From IMG/VR virus record IMGVR_UViG_3300021141_000006, positions 2,936 through 66,935 of that record: a DNA stretch of 64,000 nt, one strand, 5' to 3'. How positions within the stretch are numbered: position 1 is the stretch's first letter; the number at the start of each line of letters is the position of its first letter. A program made the translations under genes and the position numbers. The notes under the pieces were generated by a model, which saw only the letters and a program-made list of their open reading frames with translations, made no database searches and was not told the origin of the DNA. The stretch comes from a virus. This document shows, in pieces, positions 49,533 through 57,695 of the stretch.

Positions 49533-51283
49533 TGTAATACGTAATTATAATATGAAGCCATTTCGGCATATGTGTTGAATCCTGTACCTGTTAAAGCCTC
49601 AAGCTGATCATTTGTAAGGCGAGTTTTCCAAAGGGCTACTGCGTTGTGTGAAATATTTGCTCCGCCAAAAAGGTCTGACAAATTAAACACGCTTGTAGCT
49701 GGAACTGTTGCTGAAGTATCGCTGCCAACTTCAATGCCATCAACATAAAAAACATAGTCGTTTAATTTATAAGCTAAAGCAAATTTATGTTTTCCATTTG
49801 TTAAACCAAAAGAGGGTAGGTCAATGTTTACTAATAAAGACCCACTAACAAAAACAGCGGCTTGAATACGCCCATCTTGGTAATAACCAACCGCAATAAC
49901 ATTTGAACTTGTCCCGTTATTAAGAAGAATTCCAGCATAACTTGATGAGTCACCCGTTATAGTAACATAAGAATCAAAAAACAAAGTCCCCTCAGTTTGC
50001 CCTATAAGCGAACTAATACCAGTCTTTGAAATAACATCTGCATTTCGTGTTACACTTGCTGAGGTTGTAGGTATGTAACTTGTACTATAATTTCCGACTT
50101 CGAGTTGTGCTCCCCAAGCATAGATGCCTTTTACTCCGTCTGCACCTGGTGTTTGGTCACTAGCATTTGAATTAGCAATATAAATATGAGGCTGTGCTGA
50201 TGTAGCAACACTTGTAAAAGTCATAGAACATCTGTACCATCCATTTCCGTAAGGAACAATAGAAGAGCTTATGACCCCACCAATTGTTGAACCAACAACA
50301 CCAGTTTCAAGATTAAACCAAGCATTGAAATCAGATGGTGAATTTGATACCCTTGCAAAACAAAAATTATACCCAGCTGCTTTAGCAAAAAACGAATAAG
50401 TATATGTGGTTGAATTTGCTATGCTTAGGGATTGGTAAATACCACCAGCATCATTAGCACCACTTTGTTGTATTAACTTTTCAGCATTTGAATTACCATC
50501 TGGAGATATTGTAGCATTTGCAGTTACGCTACTTCTAAATGTAGGCCACGCCGCATTATCAAAAGACGAACTATAAGTGAGTAGGTTTGTCTTCTGCGGT
50601 TCTACTAACAAACTTGGACAAGTTCCGTTTGAGTAGTCAAGTCTTGGGATGTTTAGTCTTGTTTCCGTTTTTTGGTAGGGTAGAGCGGTTGAGCCTTCGA
50701 CTGCTTGACCTCCATAAATATAAATAAAATCAGAAGTTGAAGCTGCGGAAAAGTATGGATTCAAAGTATTCGTTAAAGAAATCGAGCTTCTATTTGTTGA
50801 GCATCGATACCAACCATTTCCTACACTTGTAATTGTACCAGTTCCAGAAGTTACTGAACCATTGGCTAAATCAAATGTTACTGCACTACCTATCCAAATA
50901 TTTAAAATGCTTGTACTTCCAGCTTTTGCGTAAATACTAATATTGCAAACATCTGCACCAGTAGAAAATGATTGACTTAATTGAGTTACCCCAATTGCTG
51001 ACGAGTTCCATTTGTAAGCATTATTACCTCCAAATGGGTCTGATTGACCACTTGTTAAAGTAGTTGTAATTTTAATCCACGCTGCATTTGTAAAATCCTC
51101 CGAGTATTGCAATAGATTATAAGGCACTAACTCCACCAAGCCAGCAGAGTTCACTCGTGTTGCTGTGGTCGCTCGTGTTACTGACATATCGCCAGAACCA
51201 TCGGACGGAATAACGGAATAAAGTTTGCCCTCTTTATATCCGTTTGGCGTTATGCAAATACTAGCCTGTGATAATAGACTCAT
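49529..51283 (-). CDS. Head-spike / LamG (ConA-like) fibre protein A
   Basis: Same motif series as the 600-aa paralog. Confidence 0.8.
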   Translation of the reverse strand: MSLLSQASICITPNGYKEGKLYSVIPSDGSGDMSVTRATTATRVNSAGLVELVPYNLLQYSEDFTNAAWIKITTTLTSGQSDPFGGNNAYKWNSSAIGVTQLSQSFSTGADVCNISIYAKAGSTSILNIWIGSAVTFDLANGSVTSGTGTITSVGNGWYRCSTNRSSISLTNTLNPYFSAASTSDFIYIYGGQAVEGSTALPYQKTETRLNIPRLDYSNGTCPSLLVEPQKTNLLTYSSSFDNAAWPTFRSSVTANATISPDGNSNAEKLIQQSGANDAGGIYQSLSIANSTTYTYSFFAKAAGYNFCFARVSNSPSDFNAWFNLETGVVGSTIGGVISSSIVPYGNGWYRCSMTFTSVATSAQPHIYIANSNASDQTPGADGVKGIYAWGAQLEVGNYSTSYIPTTSASVTRNADVISKTGISSLIGQTEGTLFFDSYVTITGDSSSYAGILLNNGTSSNVIAVGYYQDGRIQAAVFVSGSLLVNIDLPSFGLTNGKHKFALAYKLNDYVFYVDGIEVGSDTSATVPATSVFNLSDLFGGANISHNAVALWKTRLTNDQLEALTGTGFNTYAEMASYYNYVLQ

Positions 51284-51435
51284 GATAAGCTATTTAGAAA
51301 TGATATTAAACAGTTTTGTGCCTCAAATGTACCGCCATCAGCTTGAACTCTGTTGATGAACAACATTGTGATATAGTTAGGCTGACCCATAAAGTCATTC
51401 CCTATGGCGTTTGATATGGAGATCTGCATATTCAT
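51280..51435 (-). CDS. Small protein with RV.ADGG.FEA..CL motif (51 aa)
   Basis: Hand-translated MNMQISISNAIG...NRVQADGGTFEAQNCLISFLNSLS*; ATGA coupling to the LamG gene. Confidence 0.7.
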   Translation of the reverse strand: MNMQISISNAIGNDFMGQPNYITMLFINRVQADGGTFEAQNCLISFLNSLS

Positions 51436-51436
51436 A

Positions 51437-51910
51437 CTACCAAAGAGCTACGAAGTTCGATGCAGTCGTTCCTGTTGAGAATACTTTTAATACCTGAACA
51501 GGCAAGAAAGTTCCACCTAAAACATTAGAGAATAATACTGTTTGGCCACCTGCGGTAAGCACTGTTAAATTCCCTCCTGAGCCAATGTAAAGTACACATC
51601 CTCCTTTGTTTACATTTGAATATATAACATAAGAGTTTGTTGCTCCTGAGAAAATATTCGCATTTAATGTCAAGTTTTCCTCGCTTATAACATATACAAC
51701 TGTAGCAGACGCTCCTGTTGTTGTATTATACACAATATCTCCAATCTGAACATTAGATGTAATGAAAGATCCTGTTGAATTATCCTCAAGTTCATTAGCT
51801 ATAGGAGCAAATCCTGTACCTGATGTTACAATACTTGGGGATGGGATTTCTGCGTTATCAGACTTAACAATATTAATAGCTGTAGATGTCTGTAATTTTT
51901 GATATGCCAT
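51437..51910 (-). CDS. Structural (spike-base-like) protein
   Basis: LYIGSGGNL.V...GTFLPVQV..V..TGTTA; promoter TATCTTTG at 51930-51937. Confidence 0.7.
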   Translation of the reverse strand: MAYQKLQTSTAINIVKSDNAEIPSPSIVTSGTGFAPIANELEDNSTGSFITSNVQIGDIVYNTTTGASATVVYVISEENLTLNANIFSGATNSYVIYSNVNKGGCVLYIGSGGNLTVLTAGGQTVLFSNVLGGTFLPVQVLKVFSTGTTASNFVALW

Positions 51911-51954
51911 GTCTTTTTAATTTATAAGACAAAGATAGGCAATATTTTAAAACG

Positions 51955-51978
51955 AAAAAGCCACCGGTTAAGGTGGCT
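51955..51978 (-). terminator. Terminator
   Basis: AGCCACC/GGTGGCT stem plus T-run. Confidence 0.7.
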
Positions 51979-52000
51979 CGACTTTTCGTAGTAGGTTATT

Positions 52001-52615
52001 TTATTCGTATTTCACCGCTCTAGCCATTTCAACTACCGCTGAATCAGTCCCATCGTTTAATTGAACAGCAAATAATAAATAATTGTCAACAGTTGGGTCA
52101 AATGCAACCGATGTTTGTGCTGTACTTGTTGCAGCATAATCAGACAATGCAGTTGTATTTGCAGGATAAACAGTTAGTGTATTTGCACTTATTCTAGCAG
52201 TTCTAATACCCTGAATTAAAGTATTTGGATTTGAACTAAACCATGCTAAAGCATTTGCTCCTGTTAATGTATTAGATGTATTAATATAAACAGTAGAAGA
52301 ATAATTTGCAGCAGTACCTGTTTTTTGATACCTAGCCATAAACTCAAGAGCTCCTCCTGCAGATGTAAATGTATTTGCAGGAATAAGAATAGTTTGAGAG
52401 ATTGTAGTGTTTGTCGTACCTGTTACAGCCGTTCCGTTTGTTACTTTTAAATCAATAACAGATGGATTTGCTGAAACGCTCTGAGACACAGTGTCAACGA
52501 TATCTTGCATTGTATACGGTTGACTCTCATTGTTGATTAACGCTGAGCGACGCTCTACAGTCTGATATGTAGGCGCTAAGCCAATAAACTTAGTGCCTGA
52601 TGGGATAAGTGCCAT
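52001..52615 (-). CDS. Structural beta-protein, paralog of 36403-36996
   Basis: 204 aa; own promoter TATATTTG at 52630-52637 and own terminator. Confidence 0.7.
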   Translation of the reverse strand: MALIPSGTKFIGLAPTYQTVERRSALINNESQPYTMQDIVDTVSQSVSANPSVIDLKVTNGTAVTGTTNTTISQTILIPANTFTSAGGALEFMARYQKTGTAANYSSTVYINTSNTLTGANALAWFSSNPNTLIQGIRTARISANTLTVYPANTTALSDYAATSTAQTSVAFDPTVDNYLLFAVQLNDGTDSAVVEMARAVKYE

Positions 52616-52641
52616 GATTATTTTTTTTACAAATATACGAG

Positions 52642-52818
52642 TTATTTTTTATAAGGAAATGCCTTGTTGAGGGCCTGACGTCGCTTCTCACATGGACTAC
52701 ACTCAGACGTTCCCTTCTTTACTTTAGCAATTGTGTCAGCTATCTTTTTGATACCCGTAGCACTAGTGACCTTGTGGATTGTATCACCAAGGCCACGGCT
52801 AGTACTAGTAAGTTTCAT
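52642..52818 (-). CDS. Small basic CxxC protein (58 aa)
   Basis: SRGLGDTIHKVT.ATGIK...CSPCEKRRQALNKAFPY. Confidence 0.7.
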   Translation of the reverse strand: MKLTSTSRGLGDTIHKVTSATGIKKIADTIAKVKKGTSECSPCEKRRQALNKAFPYKK

Positions 52819-52913
52819 TACTTCTTCTTTGACATTGGTTTCTTAGCAGTGTACACAGGTGCACTCTTCTTAGTAGTAGCACCCATCTTAGTGCCGCAGC
52901 TTGACTTTTTCAT
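52818..52913 (-). CDS. Lys-rich micro-protein (31 aa)
   Basis: MKKSSCGTKMGATTKKSAPVYTAKKPMSKKK*; TAATG coupling. Confidence 0.55.
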   Translation of the reverse strand: MKKSSCGTKMGATTKKSAPVYTAKKPMSKKK

Positions 52914-52918
52914 GATAT

Positions 52919-53260
52919 TTATTTTTTAACGTTACTTACTCTATTACCCATACCAACTCTTGACTTCTCTGCCTTCTTGGCCGCAAGTTTTGATGGACTC
53001 ATTTCACTTCTTGTGACAGGAGTCTTTGCAGACACCCTTTTTGATGGTCGACAGTACTCATTCTTACCACCACCACCACAGGCCTTACCCGTGCGCGTGT
53101 CAATCCACTTCTCCTTCTCCCATCTCTTAAGACTAGCTCCCTTCTCAGTCTTCTTTACGTTTCCTGATGCCTTACGGCACTTAGCAATAGCCTGCGAAGC
53201 TCGAGCTGAGGGGAACACATCATAAGATGCCTTTACTTTTTTGTAGCAGGCGTCCTTCAT
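52919..53260 (-). CDS. Basic conserved phage protein (DUF5872-like)
   Basis: DACYKKVK..Y.VFPSA.AS...LKRW.KEKW.D...CRP. Confidence 0.7.
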   Translation of the reverse strand: MKDACYKKVKASYDVFPSARASQAIAKCRKASGNVKKTEKGASLKRWEKEKWIDTRTGKACGGGGKNEYCRPSKRVSAKTPVTRSEMSPSKLAAKKAEKSRVGMGNRVSNVKK

Positions 53261-53550
53261 TAGTACTTGCCTCTACGTGTTGATGGTGATGACTTGGTTG
53301 ATCCACCCGGACCTGCCCATAATTTCTTACAAGCCCAATATCTTGGTGTTAATTTGTCATTGGCAGTGTCGCAGCTATGACGCGCTTTAAAGCTCTTACG
53401 TGCAGCCGCGCTATAATTGTGACCGTAGCCCTTCGCGCCAAAATGCAGTAGCTTCTCAGTTCCTCCTGAGCACGCCTTTACCATCATCTTCTTACCTGCG
53501 CGGTCAGAAGGACGTGGGGAGTTGCATTTCATTTTACTTTTGTCAGCCAT
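53260..53550 (-). CDS. Basic conserved phage protein (RKSF.ARH.C family)
   Basis: HFGAKGY...ARKSFKARHSC...KLTPRYWAC..LW. Confidence 0.75.
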   Translation of the reverse strand: MADKSKMKCNSPRPSDRAGKKMMVKACSGGTEKLLHFGAKGYGHNYSAAARKSFKARHSCDTANDKLTPRYWACKKLWAGPGGSTKSSPSTRRGKY

Positions 53551-53553
53551 GTC

Positions 53554-53811
53554 TTATTTTCTTGGTCGTTGGTACCCCTGAGGCATCTTCATGCCTACTG
53601 AACTGCCGAGCTGTGCGAGGCCGCGCTCCGCGTAGGCCCCTGCAATATTGCGTTTTTTGCGTCCCACGTCGTTTTTAACGGCGTATTTTGCGTCCAAAAG
53701 TTTCATTGCCTGCGCATTTTTCACATTTAGCGCATCTAATGTAGCCTTTAAGTTATCTGTCTTCTCAGAAGTTGGGACTTTTTTGGTTTCTTCTTTTTTA
53801 TCTTCGGCCAT
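53554..53811 (-). CDS. Hypothetical basic protein
   Basis: 85 aa; promoter TAAATTTG at 53831-53838. Confidence 0.65.
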   Translation of the reverse strand: MAEDKKEETKKVPTSEKTDNLKATLDALNVKNAQAMKLLDAKYAVKNDVGRKKRNIAGAYAERGLAQLGSSVGMKMPQGYQRPRK

Positions 53812-53853
53812 TAGTTGTAATTTTACACAACAAATTTAATAAAATTTAATAAC

Positions 53854-54297
53854 ATGGATGACTACCTAAAGTATTGGAAGGTCATACGCCAATATGTCAA
53901 GATAAAGTATGGACTAAACCAAGCTGATCTTGATATGATCCTGTTTCTCTACTCAGAGGCGTACTTCAATAAGGATAAATTTGATGAGTTCACCCGCCTA
54001 GTCGGATGGGACTCGAAGCGCTTCAAGCGAATGCTCAAAGAGGGATGGCTTGAGTCGTTCCGTAAGACTGACCCAAAAACACATAGGAGAGCCCTGTATA
54101 AGCTCTCCTTTAAAGCGAAGCATCTTGTGACGCTGATCTATAAATACCTGAACGGTGAACAGCTCATCGCTGAGTCTTACGTCAACAACCCACTAATGCT
54201 CAGAAAAAACAAGAGATACCGCGATGCTGTGATGAGAGGTGCCGTGCTAAAGCTCAACGACTCTATACGACAACAACAACATCTCGCTCGTGAATGA
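53854..54297 (+). CDS. Winged-helix (MarR-like) DNA-binding protein
   Basis: YGLNQADLDMILFLY...LKEGWL...ALYKLSFKAK; A-rich start; only credible + strand gene in the late block. Confidence 0.65.
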   Translation: MDDYLKYWKVIRQYVKIKYGLNQADLDMILFLYSEAYFNKDKFDEFTRLVGWDSKRFKRMLKEGWLESFRKTDPKTHRRALYKLSFKAKHLVTLIYKYLNGEQLIAESYVNNPLMLRKNKRYRDAVMRGAVLKLNDSIRQQQHLARE

Positions 54298-54520
54298 TGG
54301 TGTACGGCTTGTCTTTGATCACCATCGTGTAGGAGTGCCCCTTGTCGTAGTAAATCTCGTCACCTGACTTGATAGCCGCCACCTCAGTGCCCGCCACCAC
54401 GACCTTGCCAATCTTGTAGCGAAAGTCATTGGCGTCATGTGCACTCAATAGGAGGCCTGACTCAGTCTTGACCTCCTTCTCAATTGTCTCAATAATTATA
54501 TTTTTCCCGATAGCGATCAT
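54263..54520 (-). CDS. groES: Co-chaperonin GroES
   Basis: KTESGLLL mobile loop, GKVVVAG, IKSGDEIYY, IIHERDV; directly downstream of groEL. Confidence 0.88.
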   Translation of the reverse strand: MIAIGKNIIIETIEKEVKTESGLLLSAHDANDFRYKIGKVVVAGTEVAAIKSGDEIYYDKGHSYTMVIKDKPYTIIHERDVVVVV

Positions 54521-56136
54521 TGTGCTTGATATGTTCGCGCCATTGTGATAATAGCGTCAGTTGATAAAATTGTCGTAGCCACACTCACAGCGTTCTGTAG
54601 GGCTGAGCGCGTCACCTTGAACGGGTCAATGACACCCATCTGCAATAGGTCACCGTAGCTATTTGTCTTCAAGTTGTACCCATACCCCTCATCCATGGTG
54701 CCATCACCAAACTGATAGATGTCCTCAAACTTAAGGCCGGCATTCTCAAGAATTTGCTTCACAGGTGTCCTCAACGCCCTGCTCATGATCTCAAACGCAA
54801 TATGAAGCTCAGCACTGTCAGCCTGCATGCCATTGAACGCAATGGCCTCTTCAAGTAGTGCCTTGCCACCACCCGGTAGCACACCCTCTTCCAAGGCAGA
54901 GCGAACCGCCGACACAGCATCATCGACCCTGTCGTATAGCTCCTTCTGCTCAATGTCAGTCGTGCCACCTACAAAGATGACACCAACACCGCCTGTGAGC
55001 GAGGCAATGCGCGACAGAATAAAGTCCTTCTCATGCTTCTTAGTCGCCTCACCATGCGCTGCCCATAGTTGCTCCACGCGCTCAGCCAATGCCTCTTCGT
55101 CAGTACGCACCGGTGAGTTAATGATCACAGTGTTCTGCGAGTCCACAATAATCTTGGCAGCATGACCAAGGTCAGCATACGTCATTAGGCTCAAGTCATC
55201 ACCGGTCTTCTCACTGAAGTACTTTGCACCCACCGCTAGGGCAATGTCACCCATCAGCTCATGCTTCTTGTATCCAAAGTTAGGCGGCTCAATAGCACAC
55301 AGATTTAAGACACCCTTAGCCACGTTCGCTGCTAATGTGTTGACCACCTGTGTCGCACACGGCGCAATAATGAGAAGGCGCTTGCCCTCTTGAATAATTG
55401 GCTTGAGAATATTCTCTAACTGCAAAATATTATGGATCTCAGCGTCACACACCAAGACCATCACGTCCTCGAACACACACTCATCACGCTTGTGGTCATT
55501 GATGAAGTATGGCGAGTAGTACCCACGCTGTACCTTGAAGCCATGAGTGCTCTCAGCATATGTCTCATTAGTCTGCGACTTTTCCACGGTCACAATACCA
55601 TTGGTTCCAATCTCATTGTACACTCGTGAGATGATGCCACCAATATGCTTGTCGTTGTTCGCCGAGATTGTCGCCACGTCATTGAGCATCTTTTTGGTCA
55701 CCTTCTTCTTCTTCTTCTTTAAACTCTCCACCACCTCATCAGATATCTCCACCATGTGGCGTAGCACCTGTATGCGGTTCAAGTCAGACGTAATGAGATC
55801 ATCACCCGCCTTGACCAAGGCCTCAGTCAACACAATGGCCGTAGTCGTTCCATCACCCGCATTCGTAGCAGTCTTGTCAGCAGCCTCCTTCATCATCCTT
55901 ACAGCTAAGTTCTCAACCGGATCAATCAAGTCAACAGCCTTCGCGACAGTTACACCATCCTTCGTTACAGTAATACCACTCGTATGATTCGCTGACTCGA
56001 TCAGCACTGTGTTGCCCCTTGGGCCTAAAGTGCTCTTGACAGCACCTGCGATTTTTGTGATTCCACTGATGAGCCTCGCTCGCCCATCATCCCCGAAACG
56101 GATATCCTTCGGAGAGTAACCTAAGTTCTCAGTCAT
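54517..56136 (-). CDS. groEL: Chaperonin GroEL
   Basis: TLGPRG, TKDGVTVAK, GDGTTTA, EEGVLPGGG, GVIDP.KV.RSALQNA; lacks the GGM tail; promoter TAAATTTG at 56159-56166. Confidence 0.95.
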   Translation of the reverse strand: MTENLGYSPKDIRFGDDGRARLISGITKIAGAVKSTLGPRGNTVLIESANHTSGITVTKDGVTVAKAVDLIDPVENLAVRMMKEAADKTATNAGDGTTTAIVLTEALVKAGDDLITSDLNRIQVLRHMVEISDEVVESLKKKKKKVTKKMLNDVATISANNDKHIGGIISRVYNEIGTNGIVTVEKSQTNETYAESTHGFKVQRGYYSPYFINDHKRDECVFEDVMVLVCDAEIHNILQLENILKPIIQEGKRLLIIAPCATQVVNTLAANVAKGVLNLCAIEPPNFGYKKHELMGDIALAVGAKYFSEKTGDDLSLMTYADLGHAAKIIVDSQNTVIINSPVRTDEEALAERVEQLWAAHGEATKKHEKDFILSRIASLTGGVGVIFVGGTTDIEQKELYDRVDDAVSAVRSALEEGVLPGGGKALLEEAIAFNGMQADSAELHIAFEIMSRALRTPVKQILENAGLKFEDIYQFGDGTMDEGYGYNLKTNSYGDLLQMGVIDPFKVTRSALQNAVSVATTILSTDAIITMARTYQAQ

Positions 56137-56187
56137 ATACAATTAAATTTAATTGCCACAAATTTAAAAATAATTGTGACACAAAAC

Positions 56188-56215
56188 AAAAAAAAAGCCA
56201 TCCCGAAGAATGGCT
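56188..56215 (-). terminator. Terminator
   Basis: AGCCAT/ATGGCT stem plus T9. Confidence 0.75.
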
Positions 56216-56235
56216 CTAATTTTAGCTAAGCACAA

Positions 56236-56532
56236 TTACGCAACAGTGACAGCACTGATAGCACGTGGAACTTGAGCCACATATACCACATTAGTCCAAG
56301 ATGTCTGCAATGCATTCTTCACAGCATCCTGAATAACATCACGCATGTCATAAGCCACCTGCGCAGCATGCGTCAATGTGATAGCACGGCCTGTTTGGTA
56401 AGTAATGACAGTTGTTGTTGCAGTAGCCGTGTTGTTAGTTGCACCTGTACCCGCAGATACCATGGCAATGCCAACTACACTAATCAACTGATTTGGTTGT
56501 CCCGTTACAGGGACCGAAATAAACTTTTCCAT
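56236..56532 (-). CDS. Small Thr/Ala-rich probable virion (decoration-like) protein
   Basis: 98 aa, monocistronic with promoter TATCTTTG at 56564-56571 and a terminator. Confidence 0.7.
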   Translation of the reverse strand: MEKFISVPVTGQPNQLISVVGIAMVSAGTGATNNTATATTTVITYQTGRAITLTHAAQVAYDMRDVIQDAVKNALQTSWTNVVYVAQVPRAISAVTVA

Positions 56533-56573
56533 CTTAAAAAAATTAATGGGTTAAACAATACCACAAAGATACC

Positions 56574-56652
56574 AAAAAAATAATGGGGTACCGCTTTCAA
56601 CTGATACCCCAATTACTCCGTTTTGAAACGACTAAAGTAGAACTCAAATTTA
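56574..56652 (-). ncRNA. Candidate ~65-nt sRNA unit (promoter TAAATTTG at 56645-56652, terminator at 56574-56612)
   Basis: Imperfect GGGGTA..TACCCC stem plus T-run; no ORF. Confidence 0.35.
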
Positions 56653-56708
56653 CAAACTATTTTTCATTAGACCAAACCCATAACGTTCCCAAAAGTATCT
56701 TTTAGTAG

Positions 56709-56830
56709 CATGTCAGAATTAGGGTTCCCTATATATATATATATTTTATTACCTCCTTTTATTATTTTTTTTAATTATAATTCATTTTTAAAATCGACAT
56801 TATCGACAAAATATTAATAATCAATAAGTT
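56709..56830. other. AT-rich origin-like element B
   Basis: TGTCAGAATTAGGGTTCCCT(AT)7...AAATCGACATTATCGACA...TAATAATCAATA, colinear with element A. Confidence 0.5.
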
Positions 56831-56990
56831 AAATAACATTCTAATAGCATTTTAATGTCAATAATCTATCATAATAGTAGTAGTAAGAGTAAAAACCATA
56901 CTTTTTACAGTAGTAAAAAAAGACCCATTTTTAGAGGGTAGGTGAAGAAATTTATTCAAAGTGCATTACTCGTGCATTCAGTTTTAGGGC

Positions 56991-57014
56991 AAAAAGAAGG
57001 GGGATCACTCCCCC
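56991..57014 (-). terminator. Terminator
   Basis: GGGGGA/TCCCCC stem followed by a T-rich tail. Confidence 0.6.
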
Positions 57015-57035
57015 ATTCCAACCTTTCTAGTTTAA

Positions 57036-57233
57036 TTAAGACTCGTATCCCATCATCTTCTCGCGCATAGATGCACGTACATCAGCCTCTACCATCATCT
57101 CAATCTTCTGCTCACGCTTCATCATCTTTCTGAGGTCTATAGCCTGCTGAATGCCAGTGACTCCACACGGTCTCTCATTAATCAATCGTCCGTTCTTCAT
57201 AGTCAACCCGGACATGTCAGTGTACTTTTTCAT
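57036..57233 (-). CDS. Hypothetical protein, first gene of the late strand
   Basis: MKKYTDMSGLTMKNGRLIN...; promoter TATCTTTG at 57248-57255. Confidence 0.7.
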   Translation of the reverse strand: MKKYTDMSGLTMKNGRLINERPCGVTGIQQAIDLRKMMKREQKIEMMVEADVRASMREKMMGYES

Positions 57234-57382
57234 AATTATCGTTTTTACAAAGATAAGCATTTCAGATATATGGGGGCTGAGGGTTATATATAGGTCTGAC
57301 GAGGTCGACCCCCGTCGCGGAAACGGCTTTTAAAAAGGGGGTGGGGGGTGCATTTCGACCGCCTTTGCCCGATTTTTTTGGC

Positions 57383-57695
57383 TTTTTGTACATAGTACAA
57401 TAAGTAGTTATGGTACAAAGTACAATAAGTCCCGCACCCCTACGCACGCACGCATACGCACGTACACACGCGCGCCCGCGCACACGCACACGCACGCGCA
57501 CACACATGAGATTGATTTAGTTATGGTACAAAGTACAATAAGGTTAGTGTCATTCGGACACTAAGTAACGCATTTAGTTATTGTATAAAGTACAATAAGT
57601 AGTTAGTGTCATTCTTACACTAAGGTAGCTCATTTAGTTAGTGTCATATCTACACTAAGTCGACCAAATAGTAGTAAGTGTCATTTGGACACTAA
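57383..57695. repeat. Array of eight 21-bp dyads, consensus TTA(T/G)TGT-N7-ACA(A/C)TAA
   Basis: Copies start at 57383, 57408, 57521, 57544, 57578, 57603, 57638 and 57675. Confidence 0.88.
57441..57508. repeat. Alternating purine-pyrimidine (CA/CG) tract
   Basis: TACGCACGCACGCATACGCACGTACACACGCGCG...CACACACATG. Confidence 0.85.

Noticed and set aside
47730-51283. Diversity-generating retroelement (TR/VR pair)
   Set aside because: Mismatches are not adenine-specific, both copies are coding and no reverse transcriptase is present in the window
8456-55987. Many + strand ORFs antisense to late genes (e.g. 13424, 43254, 55547)
   Set aside because: Shadow ORFs of real genes with no motifs or start context; only 53854-54297 is credible
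57262-57507. 81-aa ORF MCVRVRVRVRG...
   Set aside because: Translation artefact of the alternating purine-pyrimidine tract
57383-57695. CRISPR array
   Set aside because: Units are 21-bp dyads with mostly 2-16 bp gaps, no unique spacers of uniform length and no cas genes
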